Shown: piece by piece, positions 10,100 to 20,155 of the stretch | How positions within the stretch are numbered: the stretch's first letter is position 1 | How the letters are laid out: every line of letters begins with the position of its first letter | NCBI GenBank assembly: GCA_934792465.1 | Contig: CAKVOK010000010.1 | Coordinates: 3,426 to 67,425, forward strand | DNA from: an uncultured Clostridia bacterium | GTDB taxonomy: Bacteria > Bacillota > Clostridia > RUG12999 | Direction of reading: 5' to 3' | Length of the DNA: 64,000 bases | Program-made: the position numbers and the translations under genes | Notes under the pieces: model-generated | What the model was told of the DNA's origin: nothing | What the model saw: the letters and a program-made list of their open reading frames with translations, nothing else | Database searches by the model: none

Positions 10100-10900
10100 A
10101 TGAAATCATTTTACTACGCCTCCGTATGCTTGTTAAATACGAATAAACAACCGATAAGGAGAATTATTATGTATCATAATTTTAAAACCGATGAATTTGA
10201 GTTTGACGGATATAAATGCACTGTTGTAATTCCCGAAAACCCTATAAAAGGCAATCCCTATATATGGCGTGCGGAATTTTTGGGTGCATTTGACAGTGTA
10301 GACGTCGAAATGATTAAAAGAGGTTATCATCTTATACATATATCGCTCAGCGATATGTTCGGCGCACCGCCGGCTATTGACGAAATGTATAAATTCCAGA
10401 AATTTGCGGAAGAAAAATATTCATTAAGCGGCAAAGCGATAATATTCGGCTTCAGCCGAGGCGGACTCTATACAGTGAATTTCACGGCAGCGCACCCGGA
10501 AAAGGTCGATAAAATATATCTTGATGCACCGGTGCTTGACGTTATGAGTTGGCCTTACGGCACAATGCGAGGAAGCCACAGCGAACATGACGTGGAAATG
10601 TGCGCTGATATTTATAATATATCCGATGTTAAAGAGTTCTGCGGCAGCCCGATATATAAAATACATACGCTGATAGAAAACAAAATACCGGTAATGCTTG
10701 TAGCCGGCGACAGCGATACCGTAGTGCCGTTCAACGAAAACGGCAAAATTCTATTTGCCGATTATGTAAGATACGGCGGTACGATAAATCTTATTGTGAA
10801 AAAAGGCATCGGACATCACCCCCACAGTCTTGAAAATCCGAAAGACATAGCCGATTTCCTCTGCGGAAACGGCACAGGAGTATCTTTCACGGAAGTTTAA
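10100..10900 (+). CDS. Alpha/beta hydrolase (esterase-like)
   Basis: A GFSRGG nucleophile elbow, then ..LVAGDSDTVVPF.. and ..GIGHHPH.., consistent with a Ser-Asp-His triad. An alternative start at 10169 (MYHNF, RBS AAGGAGA) is equally plausible. Confidence 0.65.
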   Translation: MKSFYYASVCLLNTNKQPIRRIIMYHNFKTDEFEFDGYKCTVVIPENPIKGNPYIWRAEFLGAFDSVDVEMIKRGYHLIHISLSDMFGAPPAIDEMYKFQKFAEEKYSLSGKAIIFGFSRGGLYTVNFTAAHPEKVDKIYLDAPVLDVMSWPYGTMRGSHSEHDVEMCADIYNISDVKEFCGSPIYKIHTLIENKIPVMLVAGDSDTVVPFNENGKILFADYVRYGGTINLIVKKGIGHHPHSLENPKDIADFLCGNGTGVSFTEV

Positions 10901-10947
10901 AATTTAAACATAAAAAACCCGTAAATAATTTAAAATTTCGTAACTTA

Positions 10948-10983
10948 TACAGTATTGACAATCTTTTTGCAATACTGTATAAT
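10948..10983 (+). promoter_or_regulatory. Aconitase promoter (TTGACA-17-TATAAT) embedded in a perfect 10-bp inverted repeat
   Basis: -35 at 10955-10960 and -10 at 10978-10983. TACAGTATTG (10948-10957) pairs with CAATACTGTA (10970-10979) and spans both promoter hexamers. Confidence 0.45.
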
Positions 10984-11016
10984 TATATTGTTAATACTTG
11001 TAACGGAGGTTGAAAA

Positions 11017-13263
11017 ATGATAGAGCTTATAAAAAATCCTGTTGTCTTAAAAGACGGAACAAAGCTGATAACCGATGAACATGAAGTTGCCGGTTACAAT
11101 TTTTCCGAAAAAACAGGTACAATGGCAGAAAAAATTATTAATTCACATAATACGTCGGGAAATCCCGATAAGCTGAAGCTGAAATTCGATGCACTTGCTT
11201 CGCATGATATAACATATGTAGGTGTAATTCAGACGGCACGCGCAAGCGGTCTGGAGGAGTTTCCGATACCGTATGTACTTACGAACTGTCACAACAGTTT
11301 GTGTGCCGTAGGCGGAACAATCAACGAGGACGACCATATGTTCGGTCTTTCGGCGGCGAAAAAATACGGCGGAATCTATGTTCCGGCGCATCAGGCAGTT
11401 ATTCACCAGTTCATGAGAGAACAGTTCGCAGCCTGCGGAAAGATGATATTGGGTTCGGACAGCCATACACGCTACGGTGCACTCGGCACTATGGCAGTGG
11501 GCGAAGGCGGTCCGGAGCTTGTTAAGCAGCTTCTTTCAAAAACGTATGATATTGACCGTCCGGAGGTTGTCTGCATATATCTCGAAGGCACACCGGCTTG
11601 CGGCATAGGTCCGCAGGACGTTGCTATCGCACTCATAGGCGCAGTATTCAAAAACGGATTTGTGAAGAACAAAATTCTCGAATTTACAGGTCCCGGAGTT
11701 GCCGGACTTTCAATGGATTTCCGTATGGGAATTGATGTTATGACAACGGAAACAACGTGTCTTTCTTCAATTTGGGTTACGGATTCCAAGACGAAAGAAT
11801 ATTTCACGATTCATAAAAGAGAACAGGATTTTGCGTATATGGCACCTGACAGCGAGGCTCTTTACAGCAGTGCGGTTCGCATAGACTTGTCGAAGATAAA
11901 GCCGATGATAGCACTTCCGTTCCACCCGAGCAATGCATATACAATCGAAGAAGTTAACGCCAATGCGGAGGATATTCTTCGTGAAGTTGAAAAGGCAGCT
12001 GCCGCACAGCTTAATATTGCAGACTATAAATTAACGGATAAAATAAAAGACGGAAAAGTAAGAGTTGATCAGGGCGTTATTGCAGGCTGTGCCGGCGGTA
12101 CATTTGAAAACCTTTGCGCCGCAGCCGATATACTTAACGGAAAAAGTATAGGCAGCGATGAATTTGCTGTCAGCGCATATCCGTCCAGCCAGCCCGTATA
12201 TATAGAGCTCATCAAAAACGGTGCTGCAGCCCGGCTCATGGAAGCCGGCGTTACAATGCGTACGGCATTCTGCGGACCTTGCTTCGGTGCGGGTGACGTT
12301 CCTGCCAACAATGCGCTCAGCATACGCCATTCAACACGTAATTTCCCGAACAGAGAGGGAAGCAAGCCTACTAACGGACAAATCGCATCGGTTGCACTGA
12401 TGGACGCACGTTCCATAGCCGCTACCGCAGCAAACGGCGGTATTCTCACACCGGCGACGGATTTGGACATTAAATACAATTCCTATGAATATCATTTTGA
12501 TGATACGGTATATCACAACAGAATATACAGAGGATATAAAAATGCACAGCCTAACGAGGAACTGAAACTCGGACCGAACATCGCCGACTGGCCGAAAATG
12601 GAGGCGCTTACGGACAACCTTATTCTTAAAGTAGTATCCGAAATTCACGATCCTGTAACAACAACGGACGAGCTTATCCCGTCGGGTGAAACGTCTTCAT
12701 ACCGTTCAAATCCGCTGAAACTTGCGGAATTTACGCTTTCGAGGAAAGACCCCGAATACGTGGGAGAAGCGAAAAAAGTTCAGAATCTCGAAAAGATGAG
12801 AACAAACGGGGAAAACCCATGTGAAAACAAGGAATTTGCTTCCGCATTTGAAAAAGCTTCGGAAATAAAAAATCTGGACGTTATGAAAACGGGTATCGGT
12901 TCTGTAATATTCGCAGTAAAACCGGGCGATGGTTCGGCACGTGAGCAGGCTGCTTCATGTCAGAAAGTTCTCGGCGGATTTGCCAATATCGCCAACGAAT
13001 ATGCGACGAAGCGTTACAGAAGTAATCTCATAAACTGGGGAATGCTTCCGTTCATAATAGAGGACGGAGAACTTCCGTTCAAAAAAGGCGATTATATCCT
13101 TATATCCGATATAAAGAATGCCGTACAAAACAAGATTGATACGGTTAAGGCATATGTTCTCAGAGATAAACCGACCGAGTTTGAACTCACTCTCGCAGGT
13201 CTTACGGACGATGAGCGTGATATTATCCTTGCCGGCTGTCTGATTAATTATTATAAAAATTAA
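11017..13263 (+). CDS. Aconitase-family hydratase (748 aa)
   Basis: GSDSHT, Fe-S ligand region CGPCFGAG, the SxRNFPNR motif and a C-terminal swivel domain. Its size suggests a mitochondrial-type aconitase or a related large hydratase. Confidence 0.75.
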   Translation: MIELIKNPVVLKDGTKLITDEHEVAGYNFSEKTGTMAEKIINSHNTSGNPDKLKLKFDALASHDITYVGVIQTARASGLEEFPIPYVLTNCHNSLCAVGGTINEDDHMFGLSAAKKYGGIYVPAHQAVIHQFMREQFAACGKMILGSDSHTRYGALGTMAVGEGGPELVKQLLSKTYDIDRPEVVCIYLEGTPACGIGPQDVAIALIGAVFKNGFVKNKILEFTGPGVAGLSMDFRMGIDVMTTETTCLSSIWVTDSKTKEYFTIHKREQDFAYMAPDSEALYSSAVRIDLSKIKPMIALPFHPSNAYTIEEVNANAEDILREVEKAAAAQLNIADYKLTDKIKDGKVRVDQGVIAGCAGGTFENLCAAADILNGKSIGSDEFAVSAYPSSQPVYIELIKNGAAARLMEAGVTMRTAFCGPCFGAGDVPANNALSIRHSTRNFPNREGSKPTNGQIASVALMDARSIAATAANGGILTPATDLDIKYNSYEYHFDDTVYHNRIYRGYKNAQPNEELKLGPNIADWPKMEALTDNLILKVVSEIHDPVTTTDELIPSGETSSYRSNPLKLAEFTLSRKDPEYVGEAKKVQNLEKMRTNGENPCENKEFASAFEKASEIKNLDVMKTGIGSVIFAVKPGDGSAREQAASCQKVLGGFANIANEYATKRYRSNLINWGMLPFIIEDGELPFKKGDYILISDIKNAVQNKIDTVKAYVLRDKPTEFELTLAGLTDDERDIILAGCLINYYKN

Positions 13264-13437
13264 GTATAAACATACGCATACGATTGCAGAAAAATCGATG
13301 CGAATTTGCAAAAAATAGTTATTTTATACAAAATCACTTAATAATTATGCAGAAATTTCAACGAATAATATATTGAAAAAATATTAAATTCATAGTATAA
13401 TTATACAGTAAAATAAATTATATAAGGAGTGCTTAAA

Positions 13438-14256
13438 ATGAAAAAAGCATTAACATTTTTAATGGCAATGTCTGTAGCGGCTTCTATGCTTACGGGTTGC
13501 GGAGCCGACAAAGCAGGGGACAACGATAAAAAAGCGGAAACAAAGACAGTTGCAAGCGCAGATGACCTTGCAGGTGCAAAAATCGGTGTTCAGCTCGGTA
13601 CAACAGGCGATATATATGTAACGGACGAATATGAGTCACAGGGTTCTACAATCGAGAGATATTCAAAAGGCGCAGACGCAGTCGTAGCACTCAACAGCGG
13701 AAAAATCGACGCAGTTGTTATCGACAGCGAACCGGCAAAAGCATTCGTTGCCAAAAACAGCGGTCTTAAAATCTTGGACGAACCGTTCGCGGAAGAAAAA
13801 TACGCTATAGCGGTTTCAAAAGAAAATACAGAGCTTAAAGAAAAAATAAATGCTGCTTTAAAACAGCTCAAAGAAAACGGAACACTTGATTCTATAATCG
13901 CAAACTATATCGGTGATGATACAAAGGGTAAATCTCCTTATACATCTCCCGAAAGCACAGACCGTTTAAACGGCAAGCTTATTATGGCTACAAATGCGGC
14001 ATTTGAACCGTATGAATATGTTGAAAACGATAAAATTGTAGGTATCGACGTTGATATGGCTCAGGCAGTATGCGACATACTCGGTATGGAGCTTGAAGTT
14101 GAGGATATCGAATTTGACTCGATAATCACAGAGGTGCAGACAGGTAAAGCACAGATTGGTGTTGCCGGTATGACTGTTACGGAAGACAGACTCAAAAATA
14201 TTGATTTCACAGATCCGTACACAACCGCAAAACAGGTTATTATAGTAAAAAAATAA
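13438..14256 (+). CDS. Amino-acid ABC transporter substrate-binding lipoprotein (SBP family 3, tandem lobes)
   Basis: Signal peptide plus lipobox (MLTGCGAD) and a polar amino-acid SBP fold. RBS taAGGAGtg. Confidence 0.8.
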   Translation: MKKALTFLMAMSVAASMLTGCGADKAGDNDKKAETKTVASADDLAGAKIGVQLGTTGDIYVTDEYESQGSTIERYSKGADAVVALNSGKIDAVVIDSEPAKAFVAKNSGLKILDEPFAEEKYAIAVSKENTELKEKINAALKQLKENGTLDSIIANYIGDDTKGKSPYTSPESTDRLNGKLIMATNAAFEPYEYVENDKIVGIDVDMAQAVCDILGMELEVEDIEFDSIITEVQTGKAQIGVAGMTVTEDRLKNIDFTDPYTTAKQVIIVKK

Positions 14257-14317
14257 TTTAAAGACAGCTTGATAAAGCAGTACCGTACATTAAAAACGTG
14301 CGGCATTGGGGGATAAT

Positions 14318-15115
14318 ATGGTTAAGACTGTATTATCTCCTGTTTATTTTAATAATGGCTGCATTGGCGGTCATTTAATAAAGGGTGTGGTTTTACAGAT
14401 GAGTTTTAAAGAAAAATTTATTCAAAATTTAATAGAACAGGATCGCTGGAAACTGCTTGCAAGAGGGCTCGGAACAACTCTTAAAGTGACGTTTTTTGCT
14501 GTTTTGATAGGTATTGTCCTGGGATTTATAATAGCTATAATCCGTTCGACCTACGACAGGACAAAAGAAGACAGAAAGGGATTTTCAATCGGAAACGTTT
14601 TATTTTCAATCCTGAACGCTATATGCAAATTGTATCTTACGGTAATAAGAGGAACGCCCGTATTGATTCAGCTTATGATAATATTCTTTGTTGTCTTTGC
14701 ATCATTGAACAACAAGGTATTGGCAGCTGTTTTGGCATTCGGTTTCAACTCTGCGGCATATGTTGCCGAAATCGTAAGGTCCGGTATTATGTCTGTAGAT
14801 ATAGGTCAGACAGAAGCCGGCAGAAGCCTTGGATTTAACTTTATTCAGACTATGGTGCTGATAGTTATTCCGCAGGCATTTAAAAACGTGCTTCCGGCAC
14901 TTGCAAACGAATTTATAGTATTGCTTAAGGAAACTTCTGTATCCGCAATGATAGGTCTTACCGATTTGACATACGGTGCAAACCTTATCAGAAGCCGTAC
15001 ATACGAGGCGTTTTTTCCTCTTATAGCTGCGGCGCTGATATACCTTACGGTAGTTGTAATTCTTTCGTATTTGGTAAGTTTGCTGGAGAGGAGGCTGAGA
15101 AACAGTGACCACTAA
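14318..15115 (+). CDS. Amino-acid ABC transporter permease (His/Glu/Gln/Arg/opine family)
   Basis: The EAA-like loop region and a polar amino-acid permease pattern. Alternative start at 14401 (MSFKEKF). Its 3' end overlaps the next gene by 11 nt. Confidence 0.8.
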   Translation: MVKTVLSPVYFNNGCIGGHLIKGVVLQMSFKEKFIQNLIEQDRWKLLARGLGTTLKVTFFAVLIGIVLGFIIAIIRSTYDRTKEDRKGFSIGNVLFSILNAICKLYLTVIRGTPVLIQLMIIFFVVFASLNNKVLAAVLAFGFNSAAYVAEIVRSGIMSVDIGQTEAGRSLGFNFIQTMVLIVIPQAFKNVLPALANEFIVLLKETSVSAMIGLTDLTYGANLIRSRTYEAFFPLIAAALIYLTVVVILSYLVSLLERRLRNSDH

Positions 15116-15848
15116 TAACGTTATTATAGAAACTCAGAATCTGTGCAAGGTGTTTAAAGGAAAAATAAAGGCTTTGGACAATATCAACGCAAAAATCATG
15201 AGAGGCGAAGTGGTTGTTGTAATAGGTCCGTCCGGTTCGGGAAAATCAACATTTCTGCGTTCTCTGAATTTGTTGGAACACTCAACGTCCGGCAAGGTAT
15301 TTTTTGAGGGTGTTGACATAACGGATAAAAAGGTTAATATAAACAAGCACCGTCAGAAAATGGGCATGGTTTTTCAGCAGTTTAATCTGTTTCCGCATAT
15401 GTCGGTTTTGAAAAATCTTATGATTGCACCCACAAAGCTTCTCGGACTTTCCAAAGAAGAAGCGGAAAAGCGTGCCTTGGAGCTTTTGGAGCGTGTAGGT
15501 CTTAAAGACAGAGCGGAAGCGTATCCGTCACAGCTTTCGGGAGGGCAGAAGCAGAGAGTCGCAATCGTACGAGCTTTGTGTATGCAGCCTGATGTTATGC
15601 TGTTCGACGAGCCTACCTCGGCACTTGACCCTGAAATGGTCGGCGAAGTTCTCGATACGATGAAAGCACTTGCAAAAGACGGCATGACGATGGTTGTCGT
15701 TACTCATGAAATGGGATTTGCAAGAGAAGTTGCGGACAGAGTAATATTCATGGACAGCGGTATGATTATTGAAGAAGGCACACCTGAGGATATATTCAAA
15801 AATCCTCAAAATGAAAGAACAAAATCGTTTTTGAATAAAGTTTTATAA
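15105..15848 (+). CDS. Amino-acid ABC transporter ATP-binding protein (GlnQ-like)
   Basis: Walker [10 protein letters not shown], signature [15 protein letters not shown], and Walker B. Confidence 0.9.
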   Translation: MTTNNVIIETQNLCKVFKGKIKALDNINAKIMRGEVVVVIGPSGSGKSTFLRSLNLLEHSTSGKVFFEGVDITDKKVNINKHRQKMGMVFQQFNLFPHMSVLKNLMIAPTKLLGLSKEEAEKRALELLERVGLKDRAEAYPSQLSGGQKQRVAIVRALCMQPDVMLFDEPTSALDPEMVGEVLDTMKALAKDGMTMVVVTHEMGFAREVADRVIFMDSGMIIEEGTPEDIFKNPQNERTKSFLNKVL

Positions 15849-15911
15849 TAATGGCTGCCGAACAATTCCAAAATGCTTTCATATAATTAATTTTTTGACA
15901 TTATAATAATT

Positions 15912-15944
15912 TTGAGGGGCTGTATATTTTGTACAGCCTCTCAA
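15912..15944. terminator. Bidirectional terminator between the ABC operon (+) and the PAP2 gene (-)
   Basis: TTGAGGGGCTGTA...TACAGCCTCTCAA hairpin with A/T runs on both sides. Confidence 0.6.
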
Positions 15945-15988
15945 AATATATAAAAAGAGGAAAAAACGGTTTCGTGAGTCTTCCTCTT

Positions 15989-16504
15989 TTATATATTTAA
16001 TTTTAAAACAATTTTATATATTATTATTCCCAATATAATACCGCCTGCAATATCGCTCGGATAGTGGACATACAGATACATTCTTGAAAAAAGTATCATC
16101 AAACACAAGACAAGCGCAATCATTCCAAACAAAATGTTTGCATGAAGCAGGATACAAGCGCTTATGACAGATGAAAGAGTATGCCCCGACGGGAATGAAT
16201 AATCACGCGGTGCACGTATTATAAGTTCTTTTGTATTGTCAAGCCGGAAAGGTCTGGGACGGGAAAATATGTGCTTTAGCAGCAGATTTCCGATTATTAC
16301 TCCGAGTGAAAGACCGCATATTATTTTTTCGCCGGTATTTTCATAATTTTTGCTCATCATAAACAGTATTGCAGACAATATCCATACTATACCGAAGTTT
16401 CCGAGTGCCGATATTTTCGGCATAATATAATCCAAAGTGCGGCATCGCATTTTTCTTTGTATTAAATTAAGAATACGAAAATCTATTGTTGTTATCATAA
16501 TCAA
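15989..16504 (-). CDS. PAP2-family phosphatase (membrane lipid phosphatase)
   Basis: PAP2 motifs (KxxxxxxRP .. SFPSGHT .. SRxxxxxHxxxD) and multiple TM segments. Confidence 0.75.
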   Translation of the reverse strand: MIMITTIDFRILNLIQRKMRCRTLDYIMPKISALGNFGIVWILSAILFMMSKNYENTGEKIICGLSLGVIIGNLLLKHIFSRPRPFRLDNTKELIIRAPRDYSFPSGHTLSSVISACILLHANILFGMIALVLCLMILFSRMYLYVHYPSDIAGGIILGIIIYKIVLKLNI

Positions 16505-16560
16505 CCACCATATTTTTGTTCTTCATATTATTGCACGCAGAAATGTAATAAAGGTTGGAA

Positions 16561-16597
16561 ACAAACCCAAAAGAGCTGACGCAAAATGACTTCATTT
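16561..16597 (-). terminator. Terminator after the SLH-protein gene
   Basis: Perfect hairpin GCTGACGCAAAATGA / TCATTTTGCGTCAGC followed by a T-run on the minus strand. Confidence 0.6.
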
Positions 16598-16613
16598 TGC
16601 GTCAGCCCACTGC

Positions 16614-18863
16614 TTATTTCAGTGTAATTTTTATAACCCGTATTTTTCCGCCGTTGCTCAAGCTTTTTTCGCTGAACAGCTCTGCCGTGGATATATCGGA
16701 GATTTTTACATCATCTATGTCTATTGCGTTAAATTCGCTTATATCGCTCTTGGAATATACCGTTGCCCCGTCTGCGAGCGGATATTCCTTTCCGTTAAGT
16801 GTTATTGAATATTTTGTAAGCTCATTTACTTTTTTGCCGTTTGCCACGGAGTTGAGAACCGTTATCTTGAGAAGCTTGTTGTCGCGTATGCTTGCCATAA
16901 CCGGCTGACCTTTCGTAGGCTTTGCAACGCCGGACATATTGTATGTGCTTTTCGTTCCGTCTATATCAAGCGTGTATGTGCAGGAGGATGAAAGCTTTTT
17001 AACGTCCGTAACTATACCGAATTTGTAGCCCTTGTTTGTAACGTTGTTAAGCGCTATAAACGTTATTTTGCCGTTCTTATCCGTTTTTGTGAACAACACG
17101 TCGGAAGCAGAAAGTGAATTTTGCGGTATATCCGAAAATTCGATTGCGTATGCTTCTGCGGAAGCTGTGTCAGAAAGTTCCGGAACATAGGTTACGTCGA
17201 TAAGCTTAACGTTTGAAGCAAGATATTTCTTGTCTATAGTTTTAAGTTCTTTGTCAACGGTACCTCTTACGTTGTCTGTGGAGCTTACAACGGACGGTTT
17301 CATTATTCCGTTCGAGAATGTCATGCTGCATACTTTGCCCCTCAGACTGTCGTAGTTTTTGTCGGTTACATATTCCGTTATATTTCCGTCGGAGGTCATA
17401 ACCTTTGCGTAGTATTTTGAAGTGCCTTCGTCTGTGCGTTTGTCGCAAGAAAGCAGAACACCGTATTCCGTAGAAGTTTTTCCGCTTGCTACAACCGCAG
17501 CCACTTTGCCGTCTTTGCCGAGCAGAAGCGTTATATAATCATTATATTCGCAGTCGCTGCCCGCAAGTACATTAGCTGCCGCTTTTGTTTCAAGCTCATA
17601 TACCGTTCCGGAAAGCTTAACGCTCTTTGCCTGTGCTTTTGTCGGATATGCTTCTTCGTATATACCGGACTTTTTGTCGCAGTATGCATAAAGCGTATTT
17701 AAATTAGCGTCATAATAAAGTACATCGTATGTTTCCAAATCATCAACCGATTTTTCTTTGCCGTCACGGATTATTCTTGTTGAAGAATTAAGGCTCCAGA
17801 GTGAAGAAACGGAGGATTTGTCATACAGCACCTTAGGACCTTCGAGTTTTTTCTCGTTTAATATACCGTAATCATATTTTCCGTCTGTGTAGTATATTGT
17901 GAAAAGCATTCCGTTTTCTATGTTTTCGGCAATATCCTTGAAGGTGGATTTGCTCAGGCTGTAATATATTACGGCGTTGTCGTCCATATAAATTGTATGC
18001 GATGTTCCGCCGATTTTGTATGTCATTTCATTGCCGTTTATGGTGTCCACGGTGCATTGTTCGGACTGCTTTTCGGTTTTAACAACATTGATTATCTCGT
18101 TGTCCGTGTTCAAAACAAGCTTAACGGTATTTGTGTTGAAGCTTTCGATGCCGGACATTTTGTTTTTGTATGTGCCGATAGACGTTACAACTTCATCGGA
18201 CAAAATATCGCTGTTCGTTTTGCCTGTACCGAGTATTATGCATTCGTCCGAAACCGAGTAATCAAGCTTTGTGATAAGCTTTGACTTTTTGCCGGAAGAG
18301 GTATACATATCACACATCAGGGATTTGTCCGTGAGCTGCGCCGTAAGCTGCCTTGTTAAAATATCGTCGGCATTAAATGCGATTCCGTTTGTTATGCCGA
18401 GTTCGGCAGCTTTCTTGATATACGCTCCGGGATATTCGTTTCCGAGCTGCGCCGTGCCGTAGCCGAGTACACGCAGAAGAATCGTTATACCCTGTGCAAA
18501 AGATATGTTTTCTTCGGGACGGAAGCTGCCGTCGGGATAGCCGTATATATATCCTCGTTTCGCAGCTGTGGCGATATATCCGTTTGCCCAGTAACCCTCC
18601 GGAGTGTCCGAGAACAAACCGCCGTTCGTCATGAGGACGTCCTCGCCGGAAAGCTTAACGGCAATTTTCGCAAACTGTGCACGTGTTACGTTTCCGTTCG
18701 GCTCGAATGTGCCGTCACCGTTTCCGCTCATTATCCCGTATACCGTAAGATTATCTATTGCCGGCTTAAATTCATTTTGCACATCAACGTCCGTGTATTG
18801 CGCATACACAGCACCTGTCATGAGCATGCTGATGCACAAAACGGCAGATATTAATTTTTTCAT
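16614..18863 (-). CDS. SLH-domain cell-surface protein (about 750 aa)
   Basis: Signal peptide, then three S-layer-homology repeats at the N-terminus (..TRAQFAKIAVKL.., ..ISFAQGITILLRVLG..). RBS GGAGG 9 nt upstream of ATG 18863. The RBS lies inside the 3' end of the adaptor gene, which indicates an operon. Confidence 0.75.
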   Translation of the reverse strand: MKKLISAVLCISMLMTGAVYAQYTDVDVQNEFKPAIDNLTVYGIMSGNGDGTFEPNGNVTRAQFAKIAVKLSGEDVLMTNGGLFSDTPEGYWANGYIATAAKRGYIYGYPDGSFRPEENISFAQGITILLRVLGYGTAQLGNEYPGAYIKKAAELGITNGIAFNADDILTRQLTAQLTDKSLMCDMYTSSGKKSKLITKLDYSVSDECIILGTGKTNSDILSDEVVTSIGTYKNKMSGIESFNTNTVKLVLNTDNEIINVVKTEKQSEQCTVDTINGNEMTYKIGGTSHTIYMDDNAVIYYSLSKSTFKDIAENIENGMLFTIYYTDGKYDYGILNEKKLEGPKVLYDKSSVSSLWSLNSSTRIIRDGKEKSVDDLETYDVLYYDANLNTLYAYCDKKSGIYEEAYPTKAQAKSVKLSGTVYELETKAAANVLAGSDCEYNDYITLLLGKDGKVAAVVASGKTSTEYGVLLSCDKRTDEGTSKYYAKVMTSDGNITEYVTDKNYDSLRGKVCSMTFSNGIMKPSVVSSTDNVRGTVDKELKTIDKKYLASNVKLIDVTYVPELSDTASAEAYAIEFSDIPQNSLSASDVLFTKTDKNGKITFIALNNVTNKGYKFGIVTDVKKLSSSCTYTLDIDGTKSTYNMSGVAKPTKGQPVMASIRDNKLLKITVLNSVANGKKVNELTKYSITLNGKEYPLADGATVYSKSDISEFNAIDIDDVKISDISTAELFSEKSLSNGGKIRVIKITLK

Positions 18864-18868
18864 AGTCA

Positions 18869-20137
18869 TCAACCTCCAAATTTAACTGATACAGCCTCGT
18901 CCGGCAGAAGTCCGCTATCGTTCGATACCGTGATTACAACAGGATATTCCTTTTTCGTACCGTCGATTTCGCCGTCTTTATTAACGCTCATAACGGTTCC
19001 GGCAATCTGCGTATCGTCGTCCGTCAGAGTAAGCTGAACAATATCGCCCTCGCTGAGCTTTGCCGCTTCGTCTTTCGTTACGTAGAAAGTGGATTTCATG
19101 GTAGCTATATCCGAAATTGTCATTATGCTCTCGCTTTTTGACGTAATGTTGTCATAGGTCTTTTTGTTTTTTTGCGTTATAACGCCGCCTGCCGGTGCGT
19201 AAATGAACAAATCACTGTAATCTTTTTCATATTTTGCAAGCTTGATTTCCAAATCCTTTTTATCAAGCTCAGCTCTCGAAAGAGTGGAAGAAACTGTGTT
19301 GTTTTCGCATTCGATGAGCAGCTGACCTTTTTTCACGCTCTGACCTTCTTTGGCATATACGGCTATGGCGTTTCCGCTGCCTTTGCTGACTACGGGAACT
19401 GTTTCCGGTGCTTCGAGAGTTCCGGATACGGCGGATGTGCAAACACCGCTTGAAGTGGTTATTTCTGCGTCTACAACGCTTCCGGAAGCCAGACTTCCGG
19501 CGTCTTTGATTGTTATTTCTACGTTATAAAGAATACTTCCGCCGACGGATTGAGCTTTTTCATCATAAATTCTCGTAACCGTGCCGGGTACGGATGACAT
19601 ATAATCGGCGCTGATAACTCTTGCTGAATCGCCTTTCTTTATTTGCTGAAGCTGTGCTGCGGTAAAAGGTATTTTTGCCACTGCGGAAACGTCGTTTGCT
19701 ATCTGACCTACGTTGCCGACATTTACACGTTCGCCGGTTTTTGTCTTAAATTCTTTTAAGATACCGCTTGCCGGCGCATATACTTTTAAATTATTTACAT
19801 TTTCTCTTGCGGTGTTTATTGAAATATTCGCTTTGGAAATAGCGTTTTTCGTTGTTGAAATATTATCCGAAAGACCGTTGTCGTCCAGTGTATAGAGCAA
19901 CGTTCCGGCAGCTACGCTGTCGCCGACTTCATACGGGCAATCCGCAATCTGACCTTTGCTTTTCGGAATTACTTTGGTTTCGCTCATCGGTTCGAGAACC
20001 GAGTTGTATACTGTTGATTCAACCTTTTTTTCTTTGGTAACCTTTTTTTCGGGTTCCTGCTTTTTGCCGCAGCCGGAGAACGAAAGTACAAGTGCCGCCG
20101 CAGTTATTACTGAAATAAGTTTTTTCATGATTTTCAA
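18869..20137 (-). CDS. Efflux RND periplasmic-adaptor (HlyD/membrane-fusion) family lipoprotein
   Basis: Lipobox LSFSGCGKK, biotin-lipoyl-like and beta-barrel MFP segments (..VKKGQLL.., ..APAGGVI..). Confidence 0.75.
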   Translation of the reverse strand: MKIMKKLISVITAAALVLSFSGCGKKQEPEKKVTKEKKVESTVYNSVLEPMSETKVIPKSKGQIADCPYEVGDSVAAGTLLYTLDDNGLSDNISTTKNAISKANISINTARENVNNLKVYAPASGILKEFKTKTGERVNVGNVGQIANDVSAVAKIPFTAAQLQQIKKGDSARVISADYMSSVPGTVTRIYDEKAQSVGGSILYNVEITIKDAGSLASGSVVDAEITTSSGVCTSAVSGTLEAPETVPVVSKGSGNAIAVYAKEGQSVKKGQLLIECENNTVSSTLSRAELDKKDLEIKLAKYEKDYSDLFIYAPAGGVITQKNKKTYDNITSKSESIMTISDIATMKSTFYVTKDEAAKLSEGDIVQLTLTDDDTQIAGTVMSVNKDGEIDGTKKEYPVVITVSNDSGLLPDEAVSVKFGG

Positions 20138-20155
20138 CCTACCCTTTCTTTATTT

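Noticed and set aside
10100-10168. Whether the N-terminal 23 aa of the alpha/beta hydrolase form a signal peptide
   Set aside because: The segment (MKSFYYASVCLLNTNKQPIRRII) lacks a clear hydrophobic core and cleavage site. Two good RBS/start combinations exist (10100 and 10169), so the longer form is kept but flagged.
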